The position numbers and the translations under genes were made by a program. The notes under the pieces are model-generated. The model saw nothing but the letters and a program-made list of their open reading frames with translations, had not been told where the DNA came from and searched no databases. A stretch of DNA of 64,000 nt from an uncultured virus (IMG/VR IMGVR_UViG_3300045836_000189) (taxonomy: Duplodnaviria; Heunggongvirae; Uroviricota; Caudoviricetes): positions 1-64,000 of the IMG/VR virus record IMGVR_UViG_3300045836_000189; one strand, given 5' to 3'. This document shows, one piece after another, positions 37,504 through 47,627 of this stretch. Each line of letters begins with the position of its first letter. The first letter of the stretch is position 1.

Positions 37504-38331
37504 ATGGCCAATCTAACCATATCATTTACCGCTCCTGCCGTACCCCCTGCAGATGGATATATTGTACAATATCGTGCAGTGGGAGATGCTTCTTATACTA
37601 CGGTCAATCCTAATCCTACTTCCAGTCCTGTTGTAATTTCAGGGGTAGATACTTCAAAAGCCTATGAAGGCAGTGTTCAATGTGAATGTACTCCTACCAA
37701 TAAAAGCACCATAGCTACTTTTAATGTTGGTGCATTGGCTGTACTGGATCCATTTGACTATATGGTCATCCGTTATAAAAACAATAATGGTGGTACTGAT
37801 ATGGATACTGGTACCGGTTTTGTAACTACCGGAACAGATCAGGATATTGACTATACTGCCAATACCAACTGGGTAGGTTATAGCAAACCAGCTACTACAC
37901 CTTATCTGAACTGGGGGGGAGATAATACTTCAGGTGGAGGTGTTGAGGCCATCCTGGTCAACTTCAAGCAATTTATAGCAGATCATGGAAGTCTACCTTC
38001 TGTAATCAAAATAAGACTCCATTCCTGGTGGTACTCTACTATGACATCAGGAAGTATTACCCTGGAATTACAGACCTGGAAAGACGGCACAGCCCCTGTT
38101 GCCAATCCATCTGCCTACGATTTTACCAAGACAGATGGTACCCAGGTAGATTTAATTGATGTACCTATTACGGTAAACTGTGTCCGTGGAAGTGCCGCTA
38201 CTGCTATTGGATGTCTTGAAAAAGTAGCTGAGGTTGTTTATGATACATCTACAAAATCAGCATCCCTTGTCACCATCACAGGCGGATGTACCTGCTCAGG
38301 ATCTACCTCAGGAGGAACTGCAAACCCTTAA
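37504..38331 (+). CDS. FN3-like domain plus C-terminal domain protein
   Basis: N-terminus paralogous to 36518-36943. Confidence 0.7.
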   Translation: MANLTISFTAPAVPPADGYIVQYRAVGDASYTTVNPNPTSSPVVISGVDTSKAYEGSVQCECTPTNKSTIATFNVGALAVLDPFDYMVIRYKNNNGGTDMDTGTGFVTTGTDQDIDYTANTNWVGYSKPATTPYLNWGGDNTSGGGVEAILVNFKQFIADHGSLPSVIKIRLHSWWYSTMTSGSITLELQTWKDGTAPVANPSAYDFTKTDGTQVDLIDVPITVNCVRGSAATAIGCLEKVAEVVYDTSTKSASLVTITGGCTCSGSTSGGTANP

Positions 38332-38375
38332 AAAATTAGTTCTGTGTTTTGTTGGTTTTATACAGAACCCCAAGT

Positions 38376-38410
38376 ACCCCGGTAGAGCGAGTCTCCGGGG
38401 TTACTTATTT
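38376..38410 (+). terminator. intrinsic terminator
   Basis: ACCCCGG...CCGGGGT followed by a T-rich tail. Confidence 0.55.
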
Positions 38411-38504
38411 ATGTCTACAACATGTCCATAACTTCTACAGAAAAACCGTGATTTTAGAGAGTAAATTTGTAGAATAAGAAAGCATACACTAACCCCTTAC
38501 CCTA

Positions 38505-39821
38505 ATGAATTTGATCAACCTTGTCTATGACTCCCTGAAGTGGAAGAAGTCAGATGAGTTCTGTGCAGCCAAGCTGGACATTACCCTGGAAAAATACAGG
38601 AATGTAAAAGACCAGATCCGCCTGGTGAAGGAGATCTTCCAGGATGACCTGGATGATGTGCTGAAGGATCTCATCCAAAAGAAGATCCAGGAGCAGGAAG
38701 ATGAGCGTACCCTGATTGAAGAGTCCGTGCGTACCCTCCAGGAAAGAGGTGTTGTCCTCAACAAAGAACCCAAGGTCATAGAAAGTAAGCATAACCTGGA
38801 TGATGGTACTGCTGAACTGAAGGCCATCTCTTTTACCGAACCAAAGAGTGCTGAGGAGATTGAGAAGATCCTAAAGATTGACAAAAGCAAGTGGAAGCTT
38901 GCCACCTACTGGAATAAAGAACACAAGGGTTACTGGCTGGTATCGGCCATGGTTACCCAGAAAAAACCTGAACCGGTGGACATCCTCCGTACCGCCCTGG
39001 AGGATCTGCAGCTGAAGTACACTCCTATAACAGAAAATCACATCAATAAAAAGTTCACGGATAATACCTGTGCGGTCCTGTCCCTTCAGGACATCCACGT
39101 AGGAAAAGAAGTGATCGAGCATGGCGGATCCATTGAAGCCTCTGTAAAGGCCTGCATCCAGCAGCTGATCTATAAATCCTACCATTCCTTTTGCCTGGAC
39201 AAGATCATCTTTGTGCTGGGTGGGGACCTGGTCAACATGGATACCTGGCTGGGCACCACTACTTCAGGCACTCCTGTTGCCAACAGCATGGGAGCTTATG
39301 AAGCCTTCCAGCTGGCCTTCGAGCTGATGTTCTGGAGTGTGAACTTCTTAAAGCAGTTCTGTAATGAACTGGAAGTGGTATACATCCCAGGTAATCACTC
39401 AAGACTTACGGAGGCACACATTGCCTATGCCCTTTCCCGGCAGATCACTGATCCCCATATCACCTGGAACATTGGCTATGCCACCCGTAAGGCCATCCAG
39501 TATGGTAATTCCATGATCTGTCTGGAGCATGGGGACTTTGATACCCGCAAATCCTTTGCAGCCTTTGCCACTGAATTCCCGGAGATGTGGGGAAAGACCA
39601 AGTACCGGGTGGTTTACACAGGTCACTACCACAAGGAAAAGAAGATTGAATACCTCACCACGGATGAACTCAACGGGTTAACCGTTAAAGTCCTTCCTTC
39701 CCTGTGCAGGAAAGACCGTTACCATGATGATCATAAATGGTTTGGCAACAAGCGTGGTGGTATCATTGAACTGCATAATGAGACCAAGGGCCCTGTGGGT
39801 CAGTTTTCTTACTATGAATAA
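38505..39821 (+). CDS. calcineurin-like metallophosphoesterase
   Basis: DIHVG, GGDLVN, GNH, HGD and GHYH motifs. Confidence 0.85.
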   Translation: MNLINLVYDSLKWKKSDEFCAAKLDITLEKYRNVKDQIRLVKEIFQDDLDDVLKDLIQKKIQEQEDERTLIEESVRTLQERGVVLNKEPKVIESKHNLDDGTAELKAISFTEPKSAEEIEKILKIDKSKWKLATYWNKEHKGYWLVSAMVTQKKPEPVDILRTALEDLQLKYTPITENHINKKFTDNTCAVLSLQDIHVGKEVIEHGGSIEASVKACIQQLIYKSYHSFCLDKIIFVLGGDLVNMDTWLGTTTSGTPVANSMGAYEAFQLAFELMFWSVNFLKQFCNELEVVYIPGNHSRLTEAHIAYALSRQITDPHITWNIGYATRKAIQYGNSMICLEHGDFDTRKSFAAFATEFPEMWGKTKYRVVYTGHYHKEKKIEYLTTDELNGLTVKVLPSLCRKDRYHDDHKWFGNKRGGIIELHNETKGPVGQFSYYE

Positions 39822-39981
39822 ATTCTCACAACTCAATCACAAAGAAATATATCACCATATACAGAAGTACGGAGTCAACAGTGCCTGCAGAAGATTCAAC
39901 ATCATGAGAGATGATGCCCTGATCATCTGCAGGACTTTTGTCCCGGTTACGGATGTTCGTAAACCCCTGAGGTTTAGTTAG
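39814..39981 (+). CDS. small hypothetical protein
   Basis: 55 aa from ATG 39814, overlapping the upstream stop. Confidence 0.35.
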   Translation: MNKFSQLNHKEIYHHIQKYGVNSACRRFNIMRDDALIICRTFVPVTDVRKPLRFS

Positions 39982-40025
39982 GAAACCTATAAGATTTTTT
40001 GTAAATTATAATGTAGCATCCGTAG

Positions 40026-40610
40026 ATGAAGCCCTTTAAAGCACCAGATCTCTCTGCTCCCCGTTATCGTCCCAAAAAGCTGAATCTACTCAATAATGAG
40101 TTCTGTGAACGGTTCAGGGAAAAGTATCCCAAGTACAAGCACCTCAGTAACCAGCAGATCAAAGAAGTGGTGAAAGCAGTGAATGGTGCCATGTGGCAGG
40201 AAGTTATTTCTTCCCGTGACGGCATTGAGCTCCCGGAGCAGCTGGGATTTATTTTTATCGGGACCTGTCCCCGCAAGCACGGGGAGAACACGGACTATAA
40301 GAAGTCCAGAGTCTACGGAGTAAAGACACAGAACAAGAACTGGGAATCTGACCAGTACGTGGCCAAGATCTTCTACACGAATTTTGAGACCAAGTATCAT
40401 TTTAGGTTCCATGAGCTCTGGGGATTTACAGCCGTCAGGGACTTCAAGCGAACCGTGGCCAGTACCTATCCGGAGCAGTGGAAACAATACGTGATGGTGG
40501 ACAACCTGGTAAAGGTATCCCGAATCTTCCGCAAGCAAGTCTACAAAGAACACATACAGAAAGAGACCCTACTGAGGCTGGAAGACTATGATGAGTTTGA
40601 CCTCAGCTAA
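40026..40610 (+). CDS. IHF/HU-like conserved crAss-like protein
   Basis: GIELPEQLGFIFIG pattern; position before the tail ring genes. Confidence 0.5.
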   Translation: MKPFKAPDLSAPRYRPKKLNLLNNEFCERFREKYPKYKHLSNQQIKEVVKAVNGAMWQEVISSRDGIELPEQLGFIFIGTCPRKHGENTDYKKSRVYGVKTQNKNWESDQYVAKIFYTNFETKYHFRFHELWGFTAVRDFKRTVASTYPEQWKQYVMVDNLVKVSRIFRKQVYKEHIQKETLLRLEDYDEFDLS

Positions 40611-40624
40611 CCTACCTAAACCCT

Positions 40625-41308
40625 ATGAGCAGAAAAACGATTGGAGATGTTGTTTCCAGGATCCGTAATAACCTCAAATCCGTTAACCAGGATGCGTTCC
40701 TGACTGACCGTTACATCTATTCCGTTGTGCTCAAGCACGGAGCCTGGCTGATGAAACGGGAAGATGGAGCCTTTAAGCTTATGAAGTTTCAGAGCATATT
40801 TCAGACGCTGGACTTTGTGGAGCTGGAAGAAGTGGATAAGATCACGGCCCAATGTACCGGACTTACTTCTGACTGCACCATTAAACGCACTAAAGATAAA
40901 CTCCCTTCCTTCATGGAGGGTTACTGGGGCCCGCTGATCCGGGCGGTAACCTCCATTGACGGCTCCTTCAAAGTAGAAGCTACCACTCCCAATGATTACC
41001 TCAGGCTCTCCAGACAGAAGAACTTCAAGTACAACAAGACCCTTTATTACTGGTTCATCAATGACTACCTGTACTTCCCCAACCTGGAATGGGATGCGGT
41101 GAGGATAGAAGGCATTTTTGAAGATGACATCTCTGCCTACACCTGCCTTGAGTGCGGTGATGATGGCTGTATGCCCCGCCAGACCCAGTACTGCAATATC
41201 CCCGAATACCTGCTGGGGGAACTGGAAACCCATGTTCTCCAGGAGATGGGGCAGATGATGCAGTTCCCTGTAGATCCTACCCATGACAAACAAAATCCTT
41301 CCCGCTAA
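40625..41308 (+). CDS. tail ring/tubular protein
   Basis: Synteny before the muzzle; YYW..NDYLY motif. Confidence 0.6.
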   Translation: MSRKTIGDVVSRIRNNLKSVNQDAFLTDRYIYSVVLKHGAWLMKREDGAFKLMKFQSIFQTLDFVELEEVDKITAQCTGLTSDCTIKRTKDKLPSFMEGYWGPLIRAVTSIDGSFKVEATTPNDYLRLSRQKNFKYNKTLYYWFINDYLYFPNLEWDAVRIEGIFEDDISAYTCLECGDDGCMPRQTQYCNIPEYLLGELETHVLQEMGQMMQFPVDPTHDKQNPSR

Positions 41309-41311
41309 TCC

Positions 41312-42226
41312 ATGAAGACCGAACTACAATACAGAACCTTTGATGAACTGATGGATGCCGTCATGCTGGATTTACAGATGTATGCAGGAGAAAGTATGAT
41401 CCAGCACGCACAACTCATTAAAGTGGCCCAGCGGGTGAACTACGAACTGGGTCTGAGAATATACAAGACCAAGCAGGATGTGCTGGAGATCAACCATGGT
41501 AAGGCAAGACTGCCGGATGATTTCTACGTACTGAACTATGCCCTTCTGTGCTCCCATTACAAGATTATACAACCCAAAATACAAGGAACCCATAAAGAAG
41601 ATGCAAGAGCTTTTTTTAACTGTGATACTACGTGTACTCACTGTCATAAACCCAATCCGTGTGCAGATAAAGAAGGTATTGATCCGGATGATTTTGATTT
41701 CTGCAGATGTGACAAAGTATTTACCAATGAATGCGGAGATACTTTCACTGTTATTCATAAGGTAGGCTGGGAATTCCGCTCCTATGATGAATTTGAGCAC
41801 CTGGCGTTCCGTCCTGATAAAAAAGTAGACCCTCTTTTCCAGCATAATGCCTTTACACGTCATCACCGGAACGTAGCGGAGATCCGTAACAACTTCATTT
41901 ATGTGAACGGACTGCAGACCGGGAAGCTCTATATCTCCTATGAGGGAGCCCTGGAAGATGATGAGGGGAACCTGCTGGTGCTGGATCACCCACTGGTGAA
42001 CGAGTACTATGAGTATGCCCTCAAGCAGCGGATCCTGGAAAACCTGTATATGAATGGTGAGGATGTGGTACAGCGTCTCCAGCTCATAGAGCAGCGGATA
42101 CGTCCCGCCCGCAATAATGCCTACACCATTGTCAACACCCCTGACTTCCAGGAGTTGCAGGCAGTCCATGACATGAACCGTAAAGCCTATTACAAACGAT
42201 TTGTTTCCATGTTCGTCGTAAGATAA
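41312..42226 (+). CDS. tail ring/tubular protein
   Basis: ARLPDDFY and GKLYISY motifs; Cys-rich insert. Confidence 0.6.
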   Translation: MKTELQYRTFDELMDAVMLDLQMYAGESMIQHAQLIKVAQRVNYELGLRIYKTKQDVLEINHGKARLPDDFYVLNYALLCSHYKIIQPKIQGTHKEDARAFFNCDTTCTHCHKPNPCADKEGIDPDDFDFCRCDKVFTNECGDTFTVIHKVGWEFRSYDEFEHLAFRPDKKVDPLFQHNAFTRHHRNVAEIRNNFIYVNGLQTGKLYISYEGALEDDEGNLLVLDHPLVNEYYEYALKQRILENLYMNGEDVVQRLQLIEQRIRPARNNAYTIVNTPDFQELQAVHDMNRKAYYKRFVSMFVVR

Positions 42227-42230
42227 TCCC

Positions 42231-45200
42231 ATGCCAGGCCAACCATCCCAAAATAATTCTACCTCCAACGCTGTTACCAACCTCTTCTCCAAGGGGCTCA
42301 ACAAGGACTACAATGAGAGCTTCCTGGGAGAAGGTGTATGGACACATGCCCGTAATGCAGTGAACAATTCCCATGACGGGCAGAAGGGTGTACTGGGTAA
42401 TGAACCTAGTAACCTCAGGTGCGTACAGCTTCCTTACACCTATATTGGCTCGATCCCTCTGCTGGGAGATGAGTGGGCTATTTTTACCACAGATGATACC
42501 AGCTGTGAGATCGGTATCTTCAATGAAGCCCAGTGCAGCTATATCAAAGTAGTAAACGATCCCGGACTGGGTTTTAAGCGTACCAACCTGATCACAGGTG
42601 TGTACCGGCAAACCTTCAACTGTGGACGCAAGATCTACTGGAGTGACGCCCTGAACCCGGACCGCTGCATGAACCTGGACAATCCTCCTTACGTGCAGCA
42701 GAAGGTCCTGAGTGGCAGCTGCTATATTGATACCAATACTTCCCAGCTGGACATCGAGGCCCTCAGACTGGCTCCGCTATTAACTATCCCCACACTCGGG
42801 CTGAAAAAAGGAAAAGGATCCGGCACCCTTGCCAATGGTACCTACCAGGTGGCTATTGCATACACGGTGAATGAAATCCGGGTAACAGATTACCTGGTGC
42901 TTTCCCCTGAGCAGCCCCTGTTCTCCCATGAGAACCTCTCAGGCTCCCTGGAGTTATCCGTTACCGGCACTGATCCGGAGTTTGATGAGATGGAAGTGGT
43001 GATCATTTCCACAGTAAATGCCAACACTGTGGTAAAACGCCTGGGCATCTACTCTACTGCCCAGAGCACGATCTATATTGATACCATTGATAATTCCCTG
43101 CCTACTATTCCCATCAGCCTGATCCCGCTGCGTACACCAGCCATAGAAAAATCAGACAGTATCTGGGGCGTGGGAAGCTACCTGCTTCGTCTGGGCATCT
43201 ATCCCAAACAGGAGCTGAACTACCAGCCACAGGCCAACAAGATCGTGACCAAGTGGGTGGCTGTAAAATACCCTGCTGATTACTACCTCAAGGGTGGAAA
43301 CAAAGCCTCTTACATGAGGGATGAGCAGTACCCCTTCTTTATCCGCTGGATTTATAATACAGGGGACCGTACAGCCTCTGCTCATATTCCAGGACGTGCT
43401 CCGCTCACAGATGATCTGGCACTGGTCACCAATGCAGATGCCATAGAGCTTTCTTATGATGGTAGTACGCCACAGAGATGGCAGGTATATAACACGGCTT
43501 CCGTGACCGCCAATACTGCCACACAGACTCCTGATGGTGGTACTATTGTCATGGAAGGTCAAATGGGATACTGGCAGAGCTCTGAGATCTACCCGGATGA
43601 CAAACCGGAGATCTGGGGAAATCTATGTGGTAAACATATCCGGCATCATAAATTCCCAGATAACTCCCTGGTTCCGCACTTCTCTGATAACGGGTCAACT
43701 ATTACGATCCTGGGCGTGAAGTTTGAGAACATCACCCACCCGCTGGATGATAACGGGAACCCTATTACCTCCATTGTAGGATACGAGATCCTGCGTGGCT
43801 CCAGGGAAGGGCAGAAGACTGTAATTGCCAAAGGCATTATCAATAACATGCGGGAGTATACCATCACCGGTAACACTGACATGCAGGGCCTGTTTCAGAA
43901 CTACCCTTATAACGATTTACGTGCAGACAGCTTCCTGACCCCTGAAAGACAGAAGGGAGACAATGGTGCTGCCAATGCACACTCCTCCAAGCTGAGTGGG
44001 TATAAGAAGGACATCTTCTCTTTCCACTCTCCGGAGACCACTTTTAACAAGCCTTTTCTGTCAGCAGAAGAGCTGAAGATCTATGGGGAAGTTTCCGGTA
44101 CCGCTGTGGGGCGTTTTGAGACCCCTTACAAGCATCCTAAGTTTAAGCTGACTACTAATGCCGATGACGTAATTGGAGACATTATAGGAGTCCTGAGTGC
44201 GCTTAATTCCTTTACCAGTGGTATAGATATAGGAGCTACCGAAGACTATCCCATTGGATTAAAAATAGGTCCGCTTCCTCCGCTTCCCTATATGCCACTG
44301 GACTTCTATGGCGTGGTGGATTCTGATCCGGCAGGACAGATTGCAAACTGGGCTACCTGGGGTGTACAGGCTATTGAATTTGCTGCTGCAGCTGTAAGCC
44401 TCATCACTACCATTGGCAAGTTTGCAGAGCTGGAAAAGGAGAAGTTCTTTTCCCTGATGCGTACCCTCATCCCAAAGGTGCAGTATGGAGCCCAGTATGT
44501 CAGTCATGGATTCTATGACAGTTACCAGGCTGCCCAGGAAGGTCAGACACGCAAGCTCATTACCAAGAGTAACTACCTGACAGATAACCTGCAGACTTTC
44601 AACAGCAAGTACCAGGTGAATAATATTTTCCGTGGGGCTTCTGTGATTGTTCAAACCGGCAGTGAAGTTCCGGATCCTTCTACCCAGGATCAGAGCCGTA
44701 AACTTCTCTCTGAAGCCGGAGTGGATCTGTATCAGAATTTCACTACCCCGATCAGCTCACACTATGTAGGGCTTAAAGTGAACTTATCCGCCCAGTACGG
44801 ACAGATAGATTCCATCAAGCAGCTGCCTATCATGAGTGGGATCATCCGCACTCTTCCAGTGAGGAACCAGAAGTTCACTTCTGATATTCTCTTTGGCGGA
44901 GATACGTACATCAACCGATTCACGGAGAAAAATTCCTTCTTCTATTTCTATGACTGGCTCTTTGACATGCCGGATGAATTCCAGTATGATTATACGCTCT
45001 ATGTCAACGTACCTTACCCAAGATTCTGGGTTAACAATGAGCAGTATAACCGTAGCATCTTAAAGGTCTCCTCCAATTACCGTGTCCTGGATGCCAGGGA
45101 TTCCACTGCTACCTATGTGAAGAAGGGTTACTTCTACCTGTTCAACTCAGGAGTGCGCGACTTCTTTGTGGAAAGTGAAGTGAACCTGGCCCTTCGTGAC

Positions 45201-47627
45201 TGGGATGACAGTGACAACAAGCGTCACTATGATCCATATGGATACTCGGACCTGACCACCATGTTCCGCAGTGATATTATCAAGAGCGGCAACTACTATA
45301 AGTATGATTATTCCCTGAGTAATACAAGGCTCTTCAACTCCTACATCTCCTGGGGTAATATCCTTCCAAGGGATTATGATCCTGCGGATGCAGCCTGCTA
45401 CAGCTACTACCCGAAGCGGATCATGTATTCACTCCCTCAGGAGCTGGAACAAAAGAAAGACAACTGGAAGAGTTTTCTTCCCAACAACTATAAGGACTTT
45501 TCTTCCCCGGTAACCTCTGTGAAGTCCATCAACCGGAGCGGTGCCCTGATCATGATGAAAAATGACAGCCCGGTACAGTTCATGGGCGTGGACAGTTTCC
45601 AGACCGATGCAGGCATAAAGGTGACTGTGGGGGATGGAGGATTATTCAACCAGCCACTGCAGAGCATTACCAACTCTGACCGCATGTACCAGTATGGTGC
45701 CTGCCAGCATAAGTATGCCGTAACTGCTACGACCTACGGTGTGTTCTATATGTCCCAGGAAGCAGGAAAGATCTTCAATTTCTCCAGCGGCCTGGAAGAG
45801 ATCAGCAACTATGGCAACAAGTGGTGGTTCTCCCAGTACCTGCCAAGCCAGCTGCTGCGTCAGTTCCCGAACTATCAGTATTATGATAACCCGGTAATTG
45901 GTGTAGGCTGCCAGGTGATCTATGACAACACGGATGATATTGTATATTTCTGTAAAAAAGACTATAGGTGTACGTCCAGTGAGGTGATCTATGATCCGGT
46001 TTACGGATTTGGTATTCCTCATGGCACCACTACAGTCACTGTATCACCAGCCTGGACAGAAACCGTACAAGCAGCCTATACGGAGACCATCAGTGATGCA
46101 TACACAGAGCTGGTTCCCAGTCCTGCTACCTGTAATCCACCCATTGACATGGTGTTTGTCCTGGACATTACCGGATCCATGGGTTCTACCATTGATAATC
46201 TCAAGACCTCAGTGGTAAACATTGCCCAGGCTCTTTCTACCAAGTCCAACAATGACTACCGTGTAGGCCTGATTACTGTGAATGAGTATTATAACGGAAG
46301 CATGACGCTCGCCAACCTGGTAAATGATGACCAGATTGCCATACCTCTGAACACCTCTAATAATCTCACAGAGCTTCAAACAGCTGTGAACGGACTTTAT
46401 GCGGAGGATGGTGGGGGCATTCCGGAGCCTACAGACGTAGCACTGGATGCTGCCATCAATAACACCACCCTTCATGGCAAGAACCTGGGAACCTGGAGGA
46501 GTGGAGCTGTGAAGATGATCATTCTGATCACAGATGCCATGCCTTCCGGAAACGATGATTACTACCAGGTAGGTGTGGATGATGTGCGTGCCAATCAGCT
46601 TGCCCAGCAAGCAAAAGCTGCAGGCATCAAGATCTACCCGATTGCAACCGGGGTAGCTGCTTCCGATGCTTCCATCCAGGCACTCATGCAGAACTATGCA
46701 ACCGTAACAGGGGGCAGGCTGTATATTTCAGCCACTGGTGTAGTGGATACTTCCATCCAGGATGCGGTGGAGAATATCCCATGTCCTCCTACAAGCGTAT
46801 ACCATCCTGCGGTTACTGTATATCACCCGGCCATAACCGTGGATCACCCGGCTATAACCAAAGTGGTCCCCATCCTGACCAAGATAATCCTTGGAGATCC
46901 TAACTACTTTGAGGATGCTTCCTGGACCGTCAGCTACGATCCAAAAGAAAAACAATGGCTCTCGTTCCATGACTGGTTCCCAACAGGGGTGCTTCCCGGA
47001 AAGAATCACTTTGCCACTGTTAGCGTGGATTCTATCTGGAAACACAACGTGCGTACAGACTCCTACTGCAACTTCTATGGGGTGGATTATCCTTTTGAAG
47101 TGGAGTTCGTGGCTTCCACTGGCCAGCAGGTCAACACTGTCAGATCCGTGGAATACATCCTGGAATCTTACAAATACTACAACAATGGCCAGGATAAGTT
47201 CCATGTGCTGGATAACAACTTTGACCGGGCCGTGGTATACAACTCAGAGCAGGTATCCGGTATGCTGAGGCTGAACCTCAAACCCAAGAATGATCCGGTG
47301 GCCATCCTGCAGTATCCGAAAGTAAGCGGATCCACTATTGACATTCTTTATTCCAAGGAAGAGAACCGGTACAGGTTTAACCAGTTCTGGGACATCACTA
47401 AAGACCGTGGTGAGTTCTCCGGAGTAGAAAAACCGATGTTCATCACCAAAGCAAACGGGTACGTCTACCAGATCAACCCTGCCTATGTCAATTACAGCAA
47501 GACTCCTACAGAACACAAGAAGTTCCGTCACTACTCTAACAGGGTATTCCTGAGAAAACTTGTTTCAGGAGAGCTTAAGATGATCCTGAAGATTCATAAT
47601 ACCAAGACTTTACTGAGCTCCAGATAA
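42231..47627 (+). CDS. tail stabilization/muzzle protein (P22 gp10-like) with vWA insertion
   Basis: KGLNKD..HARN..LGNE N-terminus, FGGDTYI, WTVSYD..WLSFHDW; vWA MIDAS DITGS at ~46163. Confidence 0.8.
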   Translation: MPGQPSQNNSTSNAVTNLFSKGLNKDYNESFLGEGVWTHARNAVNNSHDGQKGVLGNEPSNLRCVQLPYTYIGSIPLLGDEWAIFTTDDTSCEIGIFNEAQCSYIKVVNDPGLGFKRTNLITGVYRQTFNCGRKIYWSDALNPDRCMNLDNPPYVQQKVLSGSCYIDTNTSQLDIEALRLAPLLTIPTLGLKKGKGSGTLANGTYQVAIAYTVNEIRVTDYLVLSPEQPLFSHENLSGSLELSVTGTDPEFDEMEVVIISTVNANTVVKRLGIYSTAQSTIYIDTIDNSLPTIPISLIPLRTPAIEKSDSIWGVGSYLLRLGIYPKQELNYQPQANKIVTKWVAVKYPADYYLKGGNKASYMRDEQYPFFIRWIYNTGDRTASAHIPGRAPLTDDLALVTNADAIELSYDGSTPQRWQVYNTASVTANTATQTPDGGTIVMEGQMGYWQSSEIYPDDKPEIWGNLCGKHIRHHKFPDNSLVPHFSDNGSTITILGVKFENITHPLDDNGNPITSIVGYEILRGSREGQKTVIAKGIINNMREYTITGNTDMQGLFQNYPYNDLRADSFLTPERQKGDNGAANAHSSKLSGYKKDIFSFHSPETTFNKPFLSAEELKIYGEVSGTAVGRFETPYKHPKFKLTTNADDVIGDIIGVLSALNSFTSGIDIGATEDYPIGLKIGPLPPLPYMPLDFYGVVDSDPAGQIANWATWGVQAIEFAAAAVSLITTIGKFAELEKEKFFSLMRTLIPKVQYGAQYVSHGFYDSYQAAQEGQTRKLITKSNYLTDNLQTFNSKYQVNNIFRGASVIVQTGSEVPDPSTQDQSRKLLSEAGVDLYQNFTTPISSHYVGLKVNLSAQYGQIDSIKQLPIMSGIIRTLPVRNQKFTSDILFGGDTYINRFTEKNSFFYFYDWLFDMPDEFQYDYTLYVNVPYPRFWVNNEQYNRSILKVSSNYRVLDARDSTATYVKKGYFYLFNSGVRDFFVESEVNLALRDWDDSDNKRHYDPYGYSDLTTMFRSDIIKSGNYYKYDYSLSNTRLFNSYISWGNILPRDYDPADAACYSYYPKRIMYSLPQELEQKKDNWKSFLPNNYKDFSSPVTSVKSINRSGALIMMKNDSPVQFMGVDSFQTDAGIKVTVGDGGLFNQPLQSITNSDRMYQYGACQHKYAVTATTYGVFYMSQEAGKIFNFSSGLEEISNYGNKWWFSQYLPSQLLRQFPNYQYYDNPVIGVGCQVIYDNTDDIVYFCKKDYRCTSSEVIYDPVYGFGIPHGTTTVTVSPAWTETVQAAYTETISDAYTELVPSPATCNPPIDMVFVLDITGSMGSTIDNLKTSVVNIAQALSTKSNNDYRVGLITVNEYYNGSMTLANLVNDDQIAIPLNTSNNLTELQTAVNGLYAEDGGGIPEPTDVALDAAINNTTLHGKNLGTWRSGAVKMIILITDAMPSGNDDYYQVGVDDVRANQLAQQAKAAGIKIYPIATGVAASDASIQALMQNYATVTGGRLYISATGVVDTSIQDAVENIPCPPTSVYHPAVTVYHPAITVDHPAITKVVPILTKIILGDPNYFEDASWTVSYDPKEKQWLSFHDWFPTGVLPGKNHFATVSVDSIWKHNVRTDSYCNFYGVDYPFEVEFVASTGQQVNTVRSVEYILESYKYYNNGQDKFHVLDNNFDRAVVYNSEQVSGMLRLNLKPKNDPVAILQYPKVSGSTIDILYSKEENRYRFNQFWDITKDRGEFSGVEKPMFITKANGYVYQINPAYVNYSKTPTEHKKFRHYSNRVFLRKLVSGELKMILKIHNTKTLLSSR

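Noticed and set aside
27525..38331. Diversity-generating retroelement or invertase-controlled fibre switching
   Set aside because: No reverse transcriptase, recombinase or TR/VR pair with adenine-specific differences was seen
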